Source: Hydrolagus colliei
Taxonomy: Eukaryota
Reading direction: 5' to 3'
Assembly (NCBI GenBank): GCA_035084275.1
Contig: CM068742.1
Coordinates: 117,738,001-117,802,000 of the forward strand
Length of the DNA: 64,000 nt
Below the pieces are notes generated by a model. It saw nothing but the letters and a program-made list of their open reading frames with translations, was not told the DNA's origin and did no database searches. The translations under genes were made by a program, and so were the position numbers. This document shows positions 11,583 to 24,630 of this stretch, piece after piece. How positions within the stretch are numbered: the stretch's first letter is position 1; each line of letters starts with the position of its first letter.

Positions 11583-11819
11583 ACACACAAGTTGGAAATG
11601 ACTGGTGTGCCCCTCCAGGTCCTGCCAACGAGCCAGGCTGCTGTCTACCTTCAGCATTGCCTTGAAATACTGGCTCAGGAACTGGACTACAGAGAGTTGT
11701 AGTCCAGTTCAGGGAGTTGACTCAATTCCACATTCTGCTGCCAAGCAAATCACCCTGGAGTCAGCTCTGTCTCGAGGAGTCCCCATTCCCCTCTCATTGC
11801 ATGGTAATCGGACATGTAA

Positions 11820-11969
11820 CAAGCACTAGACATTTATTTGGGGAGGACGTGTTTGCACAGTTATGGGGAGAGAGCTGGGGAGTGGGATTGAATTGCTCTT
11901 TTCAAAGAGTCGGCACAGACTCGAAGGGCTGAATGGCCTCCTTTTGTGCCTTAAGATTCTATGATTCTA
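11820..11969 (+). mobile_element. CR1 (HER1-like) LINE 3' end
   Basis: gggctgaatggcctccttttgtgcc followed by gattctatgattct, the CR1-type terminal octamer repeat. Confidence 0.85.
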
Positions 11970-14900
11970 GTTGGATAGCAGGTGTCAGGAGCTCACTGCA
12001 AGCTTTCTTGTTGAGCAGCTCAGCAGGAGATGCAGTCGATCATTACCACAACTTGGGTATCCTCCTGCCCATAACTTGGGCATTCCTACCAACTGAGCAA
12101 TGATAAGCCAGTCAGATTGATATTCAAGAGGTCCATACCCAATGCTGGGTTTGCTTTTCACCAACTACTAAATCTGGATCACACGGCACATGTGACTAGA
12201 ATGAGGAATCCCAAGTATGCGATTTTGTCTAACACAAATGGCTGGTAAAAGATCCTCATGTTATGTATGGCACAGGTCAGATGCAATACAAAACTCCCAC
12301 TGATTTCTTTCAAAGATGTGGCTCAACTTCAAACAAAAAACCCCCCACTTCTATGCCTATCCTTTTATTTACTAAAGTGCCTATAATGTTGAAATGCCTT
12401 AAAGCACTTTATAGTAAGTGCAGTGACTGTGTATTTATAGGCGCATTAGCGGAAACAGAGTGGAGAAATTATGCATGCACTGTAACCAGATGCCAAGCCT
12501 GAAGATATGTTGGCAATGGCACAGGCAATGGCAGTGCTACTGTACTGTAGCCAAATATTTTTCTGAATTACTGAAATATCAAATCCGAAAGAGCACTGTC
12601 TTCTCTTTCAATTGACATTTCAATTTCCTACATTCCGTAGTCCTGTGGCTTCACAGTGCGATTGCTAAATTGGTACAGATTAATACTGTATCTACTGGGA
12701 ACAGGATAAAAACTCCTGAAACACTTTTTATTTTAAACTCTTAGCTACTTTCAGAGATGAGATCTTTATCTAATATATTTGGACTGGGTTCAAAGTTGGG
12801 GCCTCGGAAGTAAATTAAATGTGTTGAAGCAGAGAGTTTTGCTTTGTGACTGTACTTATAGGAAACAAATTTTGGCAGTAATTAAATTCCAGTTCTTGCA
12901 AAAAAAAACAGCTAAAGAAGCGACTCTGTTGAAATGTTCTTTTCCAGGTGCCCTGGTATAAAGGTATTCATACATGAGAGCAGTGTGCAACTTTGCTGAC
13001 CTCTGCTCTTTGAACCTGGAGAATATGACTCTGAGAAGGATAACGGTAAATGTCAAAGGTCAGATACTGGAAAGGGGCAAAACACCCAAAGTTCACTTCA
13101 GCAAATTGTAGTCTACCTTTGTAACACTTGGCAATAAGAAAACATTTTCTTTTAAATAGGTGACATTACTGCCTCCCACATACAAGGTTAAGCTTAAAGC
13201 ATATTGGAATTAAGGTACATTACAAATTTAAGTCCAATTAAATGGTCTGGTAAGTTTTACAGGTGTCTGATCTACTTGGACATCACTGACTTTACAACAT
13301 TTTGAAAGTGATTTTTGAATGGAGTTTTTTTTAATGAGTGCAGAAATTTTCAGACATGATTATTAGTGTATGATATTATTGGAAAGAATTCCCTGTGGCT
13401 GAGAAAGGAGGATTAAGTGCAAAGCATTCCTTTGATTTTTTTCATGAAACCTCTGTTTAATCAAGTGTGATATTGAAGTTCAAAGAAATATGTTTCAGAT
13501 ACTCCCTCTGCCCCAGACCCTATCACTGTGGGGAGTTGAAATGATAGCAATAAGTTGCTGACTGTTTCCTACCATTGGGGTATGAATCATCTTCAGGCTC
13601 GCTGATGTGGGGTTGTGATTGGAGCTGTCCTGTACCAGGTTAGCTAATTTAATAACCATCCTGTCAACAGATGAAAGAGGATGATGTTAGGTGTTGTCTG
13701 TTTGAGGAGACTGCAAGCTTATGAAGGGGAACCATACAAACTGTTTAACACTGGGGGGAAAATTCCCATGAGTAGTTTCCATGGCCATGTACTAAAATAA
13801 CTTCTCTAAACTGATTCATGTATTTTTATGATTCCCTATTAATGTGAACCGTGTGACAAGACATCTGTGGGAGATGGACAGCTCTTACTGTTTTGTAATA
13901 CAGGCGACGCTGCTTATGAGAGCAGGCAGCCCTTTTCTGCAAATCTCTTTTGAACCGGAATAGGCCTGCGGCAGACACCCGTGCTTCTATTATCATTGAG
14001 ATCATCCATAAACTAACGCCTAGAAGGGTGATACAAACAAGAGTGTGCAGCAGTCCCCATGCGAGTATGCGAACATTACCTTGGGCTGCTTACATTACCT
14101 CCCGGCGTGAAAGGCGCTCTATAAATGTCATTTTGTTGTTTGTTGCTGTTGTTTTCCTGACCTAGGGCCGGGTTTTCCCAATCTTGGTGAACACAATCAG
14201 TTATTTTTGAAGTGGATGAAATGAGTAACACATCTTTTTTTCTAGATGGAAGATGAGTTAAGTAAGTACAATCTCCCTGTGGCTCAAATAGTTGTGGGGA
14301 CGCAAAGCCAACAAAGCCAGACACCTGCAGGGAACCCAAGGATTTCTGGATTTCCAATGTGGCTCAAGAATTCTGAGCAAGCCAAAGCTTGAATTGATAA
14401 GATATTCCTAACTGGACATATGCCATCTTTTATGGTTACCATTATTCTCAAATGCTTTGAGTTGTCTTCCCAATGTGAAAGTCCACTGTATAGATGAAAA
14501 TTGCATTGTATTATCTGCAGAATTCAATTTCCTTGGGTTGAATAATGCAGATTGTTAGATTGGTATCCTGCAGCTTCATTTAACTTCAGGAAGCAATTTC
14601 CCCAAGTTGTATCTTCTTTTTCATTAACATCTAACAAGATGAAACAAAGAGGGAGGTGCTTTGGTAGGGATCTGTTGGAAGGAGCTGTCTATACTATACT
14701 CTTTTATTGCTCCATAATTCATTTGTAGTTTGTATGTACACATTGTGAATGTGCTTTTGGACGTCCTCCTGATGTGAAAGCTGCTATATAAATATAAAAT
14801 TGTAATGTCTCTAAGAGCACAATATGGAAGGTTTGATGCAGTAATTGCGAAACACCAACATTACTCATAAGACAAAGGAATGTTTGCTAATTATCAGTTT

Positions 14901-15272
14901 GACATCAAGGGATAGCAACTATTTAATTCCTAACTTTTAATATAGCTATCAATGTTACTGAACATGGATTTGTGGCCATAAATTCTCACAAAGTGAGTTG
15001 CAAGCTTCCATAAGGAGGTGCTGAGTGGAAGCCAAGAATGAGAGGTCTGTGGTCTCCCATTTACTGGGACATACAGCCCAATATTTAACTGTAGTCTGGC
15101 ATTTCCTGAGGCCTGGGTCTGCAGATTTTATTCTCAAATTGGGAAAATCCCAAATGGAAAATAAATACATTTAAAAACAACAACAGTTTGCTTTTATATA
15201 ACGCCCTTAAATAGGTAGTGTCTTGAAGCGCTCATCTTAACAGTGGCAGAGCATGACAAAAACACTATAACA

Positions 15273-15458
15273 NNNNNNNNNNNNNNNNNNNNNNNNNNNN
15301 NNNNNNNNNNNNNNNNNNNNNNNNNNNNNNNNNNNNNNNNNNNNNNNNNNNNNNNNNNNNNNNNNNNNNNNNNNNNNNNNNNNNNNNNNNNNNNNNNNNN
15401 NNNNNNNNNNNNNNNNNNNNNNNNNNNNNNNNNNNNNNNNNNNNNNNNNNNNNNNNNN
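15273..15458. other. Assembly gap
   Basis: Run of N. Confidence 1.
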
Positions 15459-15542
15459 NATATTCAAATCTAAAGACTGTCAAAATCTAATAGACTTGTC
15501 TATTAACCCTACATTCAATTTACTTCACAGTTTATTCTGAGA

Positions 15543-15815
15543 CAACAACAATAACGGCAAAATTACATTTGTGTAGCGGTTTCATGTCGGGAGGATGTCC
15601 CAAGGTGTTGGAGTATCCGTGTTTGGGATCCGAGCTGGGGGTCGGAATCAGTGAGGGCAAGGAGGTGGGGAAGGAGGGTGATTGAAGGCATGGTCAAAGA
15701 GGAGGATCTTGAGACTGGTCTTGAAAGAGGCAAGGGAGAGGGCAAGGCAAAGGGACTGCGGGATAGAGTTTCAAAGGGTGGTAACAGAGTGGCTGAAGGC
15801 CCACCCGCCAATGGT
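15543..15815 (-). mobile_element. L2 3' fragment
   Basis: L2 tail (ttacatttgtgtagcggtttcatgtcgggaggatgtcccaagg) plus adjacent 3' region. Confidence 0.85.
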
Positions 15816-16109
15816 TTAGAAGATGTGATAGGACGCTATATCAAATGCAAGGATTATTATTAGTAGTATTATTTATTACAACAGGTGTACCACAAGCCAC
15901 TCAGACTATTTATCTCGAGTGTTTTGTGAGTGCTGCTCTGGTTTTGAGAAATTGGGGAAAATAAACTCACAAACAGTAGAGAGTAAATAGGATTAGAATA
16001 AATTAAGATTAAATGTGAGATGAAGTGGAGGAAAAAACCAGTGCACAACATGAACATTTATTCTAATTGGCCTGTTTCTGTGCCATAACATTCAATAATT
16101 GTAGATTTG

Positions 16110-16269
16110 TTTTTGGTCGGCCAGGTTCCCATCATCATGCTTAAAAGTATCCAAACCAAACTAAGAATTCCATACATCCCACCTTGCTTGGAAATCAACA
16201 TGTATTTGAACTGAATGCTCACTCTCTCCCCGCAGAATACATCCTGCTTACCTGATTCCAGAGAGTATT
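16110..16269 (+). repeat. Unclassified old interspersed repeat, copy B
   Basis: Shares catcatcatgcttaaaagtatccaaacc...atcctgcttacctgattcc with copy A. Confidence 0.65.
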
Positions 16270-16345
16270 GGATCCATATGGCAAGAGCTTGGGGATCCTA
16301 GAGGATATGTTGGGGATCGTTGGAGTTTATCCACCTAAAATTACT

Positions 16346-16674
16346 GGAGTCCTGTAGCTCAGTGGTTACAGCGCTCGCCTTACAAGCGTGAGACCCGTGT
16401 TCGAATCCAGGCAGGTCAGGACAAAACCTTGGGTCAGTTTCCTTACTCCACAAGCCTAATGATAATCCCTCCAAAAAAAAAGCACAATAATAAAATGGGT
16501 TATTTCAATCCACGACTGTTTGTGGGACACTGCTGTCCGCAATTGGCTGCCGCGTTTCGCTCACAAGTATACAGTCAATTCACTTCACAGTATTTTCTGT
16601 GAAGCGCTTTGAGACTTCTAGAAGACTTGAAAAGCCCTATATCAAATGCAAGGATTATTATTATTATTATTATT
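16346..16674 (+). mobile_element. Young full-length tRNA-derived SINE with Deu-type core and L2-like (ATT)n tail
   Basis: A box tagctcagtgg, B box gttcgaatcc, core gtttgtgggacactgctg, tail atatcaaatgcaaggattattatt; possible attac duplication. Confidence 0.93.
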
Positions 16675-17169
16675 ACATAGCTTGCCATTGGGTGACTGGA
16701 AAACCTCCTACTACTTGTCCAGCTAGGACCATCCTATCTCTACCCCAGTGTTTGGCCAGTCCCCCACTGCATGTTTGATGATCCACTCTGGTCTGCTCTA
16801 TCATTAACAATGCCCTGAGGTATTGTGGACCTATGTGGCTCAGAAACTGGACCACATAGACCACCACAGAGGGTTTATCCCATTCTGACACTCTATTGCC
16901 ACGCAAGTCATCTGTGAGCTAGATTATCGCCAAGAATCCTAATTTCAGATGAAATCATTTGAACTTAAATGATCATGGTGAGAGGGATTCTTCCCACATG
17001 GTTCGAGTTAACCATGCAAGCTAATGCCTTAAGTGGTAGGTAGCGCGGTGCAGCTGGAGTTAAGGAAGTGTGGTGCCTCCCTTGGGGAGAGGGTGCACAT
17101 TGCATTCTGTCACAGGGAATTTCCAGGTGTAAGTGGCATATATTATATTATTAGTACTCTCGAGTCTGG

Positions 17170-17365
17170 TTTGGTTGACCTTTGGAACTGTGCCCCAGAG
17201 TCCCTTCACCTATCTACCTCCTTGCCTCCTTCAAGGCACGTCTCAAGATCCTCCTTGCCATCCTCCTGATCCTAAACCCCTGCTTGGATCCAAATCTCTG
17301 ATTGTTCAGCACCTTGGGACTTCCTCTCAAAGTGAAAGGCGCTATACAAACATAATCTGTTGTTG
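17170..17365 (+). mobile_element. L2 3' fragment
   Basis: Ends caccttgggacttcctctcaaagtgaaaggcgctatacaaa...tgttgttg. Confidence 0.8.
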
Positions 17366-19559
17366 ATCATACTCTAAAGTATGGTAAAGGGCTTCTGTAT
17401 GTATCAGACAGACACCCGACTGCCCAAAACAAAAAGTGAAATTGTCAGAGTGCTGCGATCTGAAGGAAACACAGAGCGAGAGCATGGAACAGAGGGCAAA
17501 ACATCACCGGCATATTTCTATAGTAATTATCAATGGGGGAGGAGATACATGCTTTCTTATGGCCATTAATTGATAGTACAATACATTTAAAGTAACAGTG
17601 TGTTCTTCTCATATCTCTACTTTTTCTCAATAGCTTTGTTTGGACAGATTGATTTCCCAGAAGCATAAATAGTGTAAAGAGTTCTCTGGCAGCCCCTGGT
17701 ATCCCACAGTCCCTGATTGAGATCACACAGTCTACAGTGTTAAGTGCTGTATTTATACAGCATCTGATAGATTTACTTTTTTGTCCAGGCAAAGACAACT
17801 AATTGTGTATATTACTGTAAAAGTGTTACACGAGGTGTTTTTAAGATTTATTGAAACTCAAACAAACAGTAAATCCAGGGGTCAGCTAGCGTAGAGTTTG
17901 GCCCTGAAATGTTTTAAACTAGTTTGGACAGCTTTGAAAAACTGCCAGAACTTGTGGCACACTTGGGGCAGCTTGCCCTGAAGCCATATTTACAAAAAAC
18001 ACCTGCTCATAAACAAAACAAGACCTGTAGCGATGGAGCATGGCACTGGCAGTGTGGCCAGTTCAGCTCCAACATGATTTTTGTGTGGACCTACAGGTGG
18101 CTGCAGTATAAGAGCTTTGTTAAAGCGGTGTATTCCAGGTGGGATCAATTTCCTCTTTCAGTCAAGCATTATATTAGATATGGTCTGAGTATGGTTAGTT
18201 TAGGGCTTCAGACTGTGCGCTCTTGTGTTGTAGAGGAAAATGTTACACAGCTGGCTCTGAGCACCACTTTGCTCCGAGCTTCCTGCAAAGCCGTCCTTTG
18301 GGCAGAACAGGAGGTTTTATCTGTTTACTTGTAGTAATGTTATTTTAAAACCTGAGTAATCATTTGGCTGGAATGAATGGCAAACTCTACGTGATTACAT
18401 TAGGTAGGTAGATCTTGTGAAACAACACTGCAATAACACATGCCTTTATTCCTCATTACCGGTAATGTTCCCAAAATATGCTGATGGCATGCTGGTGACA
18501 TAATAGCAGCAGAGAGTTTATATTACCATTCATTTCAGTGGAGAAACTGAGCCATTTTTTCATATTTGTAGCTCACGTTCAATTTCACAATTTAATTGCC
18601 TCTCATAATACTCAGGAGTCCTCCAAGCAAAGAGCAACAGGCAGACCATGTTACAGTCACTTCTCTGTTGGACAATCAATAATCTGTCCTGAATTTATAT
18701 TGTGATCCAACATGATTAATTAATCCAGCACAGTTTATTTTCTTAGAAGCTCAGTGCCATTTTATTGAGTCCCCAGACTGGCTACACATTTCTGTAAAGG
18801 TAAATAACTGATGTCACGCTAGGGCACGTATTTGCACTTTGAAAACAGTGGAATCAGTGAATTATGTTATATCAGAGGCAGAAAGTAAACATAAGTCGGG
18901 TAATTAGTTCATTGAAATTTTTAACCCTTTGGCCATAGCTAGGCCTGCGGAAACTCACATTTGCAGCTCACACGCACTCTGGTGTTGAATATATTCCGAC
19001 TGCGGCAGTAAATCGGCTGAAAGAGCTTTGCGACTGGGACGTTCACCCTCAACCCTTACATAAATGTAAAAACCTTACACAATTTTAAATAAAAATAAGA
19101 CATTGGAAAAAAATGTTAGGATTTTTCTTGTTGGACTTTTTTTTAAAACCTTCTTATGTATTTCCCTCCCCTTTTACTCTTCCTGTTTGAACTTTAACAC
19201 ATAAGTTTCTCCTCATTTCTAACTGAAAGAGTTCTCATGCTCAATATGATTACAGTATTCTACATTATATAAGGATACCATTTCATCATTTGTATGCAAT
19301 TGCAATGCTGACTCAATTTCTGGGTTCTTTTTAATCCATTAACATGCTCTGTTAGAAGCTCAAAAAACATGTCATTTTAGAGAGATTTTGCAATGGATAT
19401 GTGGGGAGAAATTCCATGTGGTTCCACATTTACTCTATTTATGCAGCATTTCAAAGATTTCAGTGTATGTCATTTTTGTTGAAATCAGTTTTAACTCTGA
19501 AGCCCGTAATCTATAGTTCTTGAATTTAAAAAAATTCCCGCCAAGAAGTAGGAGAAAAG

Positions 19560-19810
19560 TCAACAACAATAACCTGCACGTATATAGCACCTTTTCACAT
19601 GGAGTAGTGTCTCTGAGCACTTAAGAGTGGTGGAGCTTGTCACTGAGCCAAAGTGGAGGTGACAGTAGACACAGTCGAAGTGGAAGATCTTCAAGTGTTG
19701 TATGAAGATGGACAAGAAGGGGGAAAAACTGAGGGATTGATGCAGAGAGTTGTTGAGTCTTGGAATAGTAACTGAAAGTACAGCCACCAATGGTGGATTG
19801 GAGGGCATGA
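19560..19810 (-). mobile_element. Old L2 3' fragment
   Basis: Degenerate tail and FIQHLKIFHFD-like C-terminal peptide on the minus strand. Confidence 0.7.
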
Positions 19811-20599
19811 GAGACTTACAGGACAGTAGAGCCAGCTGGGCAGAGGGAATGGGTAGAGGAATGGGGTGCAAGCTGGTTGGAGATCTTGAAATTATTTGTA
19901 TGAGAGTGTGAGGGACTTGAGATTAAAAAATGTATTCAAAGTCATGCAAAATTTTGTTTTCAAAACAATGTAAAAAGTCAGTTCCAGCCAATCCTCATGG
20001 AAAATCGTTTCTCGCCATCTTTGTGTAAAGTCGGTTCCGGCTTCAATAAACTACCGTTATTAACATTTCAATTAATCAGTTGAGTTTTGGCACATTTTAT
20101 TTGACACGGTTTCTTTTTTAATGGGTTATATTTTGTGTGGAGTGGTACCAGGAAGGTGCCGAATGTCTGCTCCTCATCTTAAATGGTGACAAAGATAAAT
20201 GTTGTCAGCTGATTTATGATGGTATATATATAGCTTGCAATGTTTACTCAGTCTCACTAATTCACTTGCAGGCCTGCAGGCAAAGCATCGCACATCCTTG
20301 GGATGCCACTTCACTAATCTCTTGTCATTAACAAAACAAGCTCTTTGATTGCTCATTGGTTCAGTCTCATCTGCCATTCTCTGAAAAAGTACATAATGAA
20401 ATACAATTTACATGTTTATAGTACCTTTCACATTGGTAGGACACCTTAAAGTGTACAAATGTACAATAAAAATATAATGAAGAAAAGTAACGGACACCAC
20501 TCAAACTGAAAAACGATACAATTAAAAAATAATGTGTTGGTACAGTATCTGAATGCATTGCTTGAAATAAATAGGAATTCATGTTTGGGTAATTTGATT

Positions 20600-20830
20600 C
20601 TAAGTGACTAGTGACTATCCTTCGGGAATGGAGTTGGGGAGGGATTGGGGGGTGATTGGGAGTTGGAGGAGTGGTGGAGGTACGCAGTCTTCTTGAAGCT
20701 GAACTGACTCCAAGGTGACATTTTTAGCAACAGAATGTTAGAATTGAGCCAGCTCTCTATGGCAGTCTCAGTAGTTCAGTTCCTGAGTCAGACAGGTCTG
20801 CAATTAGATCTGGACCTATTGACACTATAG
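20600..20830 (+). repeat. Second unclassified old repeat, copy 1
   Basis: gctgaactgactccaaggtgaca...gaatgttagaattgagccagctctcta matches 54043-54106. Confidence 0.6.
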
Positions 20831-21094
20831 CCAGCCTGGCTCATTGGCAGGACTTGGAAGGGCAGACCAGTCACTGGGGTGCAGGAAAGTATCGCACTTA
20901 GTTTCTATAAATTCTGCTAGCTAAAGCCCTATTTGGAAGGATGGTCCAAGCTGGACAAGCAGTAGGAAAGCTTGCCCGACAGTGAAATCAATGGCAAGCT
21001 GTGCATTCTTGGTTAGTTAGACTCCAGCAGTACCCCCAACAAGGTCTCCAAGCCTTGACTCTTGCCAACATGCACCTAATTTTTCCAGAATTAG

Positions 21095-21262
21095 ATATAC
21101 AGGATGTGTTCCTCCATAGAGTGAGTATGCATTTTATTCTAATAAATATCTCTTGGATTTTTATTTCTGTAGGTGGGATACATGGAATTCTCAGTTTGGT
21201 TTGGATACCCTTGAGCATGGAGATGGCTTTCCAAATGTGTCAGACACCCGGCTGACTAAAAA
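21095..21262 (-). repeat. Unclassified old interspersed repeat, copy C
   Basis: gaattctcagtttggtttggatacccttgagcatgg is the reverse complement of the copy A/B motif. Confidence 0.6.
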
Positions 21263-22686
21263 TTGTATTAAAAGTTAAAGATCTAATTTTAAACATTTAC
21301 AGTGACACATGTAAATGTTGGTTCTATTTACATCATACAGTGAGGTATATTTAGCAACAATAGGTGGGGAGACATCCATACCACAGAGAAGGGAAACATG
21401 GTAACAAATAGTAATGATAATTCTTACATTTGATATCGAGTTTTTCACTTTGGGACGATGTCTAAAAGTGCTTCAAATGATTTACTGTAATGTGGAGTGA
21501 CTGCATGTTTTGTGGGCAAACATGGTAGCTAATTTGCCCACAGCAGTGTCTTACAAACAACAATGAAACAGATGACTGATTTTATTGGTGAATTGTTGGC
21601 CAAGATACCAAGAGTAATTCCCATCTTTATTGACCAGAAAACCCTCCTAACATCAGAATTGCACACCACATCAGCTCAGGTGTCAGCCTCACTCTTGCAT
21701 GTGAGTCAAAAGGTTGTGGGATCAAATTTGATTTGTATCTTAAATTAACACACAGTCTGACATAGTCTGACACACCAATGCATAGTTTGAAGGACACTAC
21801 TGTATGCAAATTGGTGGCTGCATTTGTCAATACAGCCGCTAAATATAGAGCTGCTAAACTTAAGGGTAAAATCTTGTGAAGTGCTTTCAGATAGCTTCAG
21901 AACCTGATGAAGCTCTATATCAAATGTGACTATTCTTATGATTATTGTTTGTCTGAGATCTGAGATCAGAGTGTGTTTTGCCCCTTTTATCCCTGGAATA
22001 AGAATAACAATAATCCTTTGATAAAACACCTTTCACATAGGGAGGATGTCGTACATTGCTTCACAGCATTTTTACTGTAATGTGTAGCCCTCTACAAAAA
22101 AGCATAATGTAATTTTCAGTATGGAAATAGAAAAATGTCGATCTGTAATTCATGTGGAAATGTATTCTGTTAAGCGTGAACAATGAAACTATGATTGAAT
22201 AGTTTCCTAGCCTTTCTGCACAGTTTAGCATCAATGCCTCTGTTTTGTAAAGAAGTGTAGACCCATTAACTCTTCATCTAAACAGGTAAAAGCACACAAT
22301 TAGATCCACTTTCTCGAACAGTCATAACTATATGAATCAAAGACAGTACAGCATCAGTGGAGACCATGAGAGTCACTCTGGCTGCTCCAATACTGCCTAC
22401 CTCGAACACTGCTCCTCTGTTGGGCACAAAATATTACAGTGACATTTTCATGCTTTTAACCTTTATTAAATAAATTATAAGGAATGCAGCCCTAAATAAA
22501 GCGTGTGTGTGTTGGGGGTGGGGGGAAGGGGTGAGGGTGGACTGTGTGTGTATCACACTGGCTATGTAAAATCTTCTCCAACTTGACATGAAGTTAATAG
22601 CTGAGTTCCCATGAATTTATACAAAAGAGAGCTACGGGTTCAAGTCCCACTTTATTTCCTGAGGTACTTTTTTCCAAGTCAGAGGT

Positions 22687-22932
22687 ATAAGAACATAAGA
22701 ATTCCTAGATGAAAGAAGACCAAGGTCTATGCAGTCCGGCTTCCACTATCCTGGCAATGGCAAACACATATCATGTGGCAAACTATATACCCTGTACTGT
22801 ATCCCAAGATATTGTTTCTAAAGCAAATCTATTTAATTTGCTTTTGAAAAAATCAACACTTGCTGCTTCTACTAACTCCCTTAGGAGCCTGTTCCATTCA
22901 TTCACTACTCGCTCACTGAAATAGTGTTTCCT
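22687..22932 (-). mobile_element. CR1 LINE 3' end
   Basis: ataagaacataaga terminal repeat; minus strand encodes RVVNEWNRLLRELVEAASVDFFKSKLNRF. Confidence 0.8.
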
Positions 22933-23511
22933 TTAGAATATCATTTAAAATTTAAATATAGATATAATTTCTGTTGCTATTTTTCTGTCAAACACATTCT
23001 CAATTTCTTGTGAGGGCAAGGATGGGGGATGGGAGGAGGTCTCCTTGCTGGACCTTTATGTTTGTGAGGTTCCTTCTTCTTTTTCCTTTCTGTTTGGAGA
23101 CTATTTTTCCAGTTATGCCTACCCAAGGCATGGGTCTGGAGTTAGGTTTCCATGTACTGAAGATAGCTTCCTACTTTTTAAATAGCATTTTAATGAGAAG
23201 CTTTACCTCATCCAAGCTGAAACGTGGTTTTGTGAGTTGCTTTGTTTCCACTGTTTTTCAAACTTTTAACACCAGCAGAAACACGTTAGACTTATTGGGA
23301 AAGGTCAAGTGGCTCATTTCCAGATCATTAAACTGATTCATTTGCACAATTTCAGCTTCAATTTAATTGGATGGTTTGGCAGAATTAGTTCTGTGGTAAA
23401 AGGAATATATAAAAGCAGTACTTTGGCAGCACACCGACAGCAGTCCATTTACAGGCTAAATGCCACAATGTTTACCAGGTGCATATAGTCCTGCATTGCT
23501 ATTAATCAGAA

Positions 23512-24570
23512 TGGCTCAGTTAGGGGCACTCGCACCCCTGTGCCAGATGGCTGTGGGTTCAGTGTCTTGGGACGTCCTCCCGACGTGAAAGGCGCTCTAT
23601 AAATGTAATTTTGTTGTTATTCAAGCCCCAGGGCCGAATCACAAAGTCTAGTCTCATTGTCCAGTGCAAGACTGAGCTTTGCCCTGTCGAAGCTGCCATC
23701 CTTTGATTAAACTGAGTTCCTGTCTACCTGTGCTTGGGTAGTCATGAAAGATTGCTTGACATGGCTGATACAGGTACCCCTCCCCAACTGCGGGGTATAC
23801 GTTCCTGAAAACCTCCGTGGTTGGTAAAACCGCGGTTGGAAAATACAGGGCCTTTGAGAAACATGGGGATAGCGGGAGTACGTTTGCTTTGTCATGGTTG
23901 GAAAATGCAGGGCCCTATGGGAAACATGGGGATAGGAGGAGTAAGTTTGGCTGCCAGGATCTGCATCCGCGAGACTGTCTGATTGACTGATCTACACACA
24001 GACACAGAGAGAAAGAAAGAGAAATCATGGTGGGTGACACGGAGGGTGGGGTGGGGTGGGTGGGTGGGCAGAAGATGGTGTGGTGGGTGACATGGGGATA
24101 GGGGGAGTAAGTTTGGGAGCATTGGCTGCCTGGATCTGCAGACGCAGAGAGACACAGACACACAGAGAGAGAAATCAACGGAGATTTACCTTAATCCTAA
24201 GAGAGAAGCGACATCTCGCTGGTTGATTGTGACATCGCAACTGGGTCCTAGTGCCAGACGCTAGCGCGAAGCTGGTTAATGCAACTGGGTCCTAGCACCA
24301 AACACTAGTGTTAGTGTTAAAACCCGTGGATAAGCAAGGGTTAAGCAATAACCATTGCATGGTTAGCAAGGGTTGTCGCATTTAGCAAACTGTGGGTAAG
24401 TGAGTTTAGCGGTTGACGAGGCCGCGGTTGGGGCTGGGTAGCTGTATTTAAAAACAGGATTTTGTCTCCCTTTGGTCCTGGCTTTGGCTAACAACCTTTC
24501 AGATTGAATTTATCATTCACTCATGGCTGTTTCAGGCAGTTTTGCTGCACAGTTTTCGCCTTCGTAAGAA
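23512..24570 (+). mobile_element. Older DeuSINE split by an L2 tail (~23562-23619) and a Tigger-like MITE
   Basis: Head tggctcagttaggggcactc...gtgggttca; the SINE body resumes after 24446. Confidence 0.7.
23771..24444. mobile_element. Tc1/mariner (Tigger/pogo-like) non-autonomous DNA transposon
   Basis: Imperfect TIRs caggtacccctccccaactgcgg / ccgcggttggggctgggtagctg with TA on both sides; reiterated cgcggtt-like subterminal motifs; no transposase. Confidence 0.85.
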
Positions 24571-24630
24571 TGGATGTTGCATATTTGTCTCCAAAATAAG
24601 TTACTGGACTTGACAGTAATTATTGTAAAC

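Noticed and set aside
15237-15483. ORFs spanning N runs (also 57333-57545)
   Set aside because: Artefacts of assembly gaps.
17924-18334. 136-aa ORF in unique sequence
   Set aside because: TTG start, no recognisable motif and no convincing splice sites.
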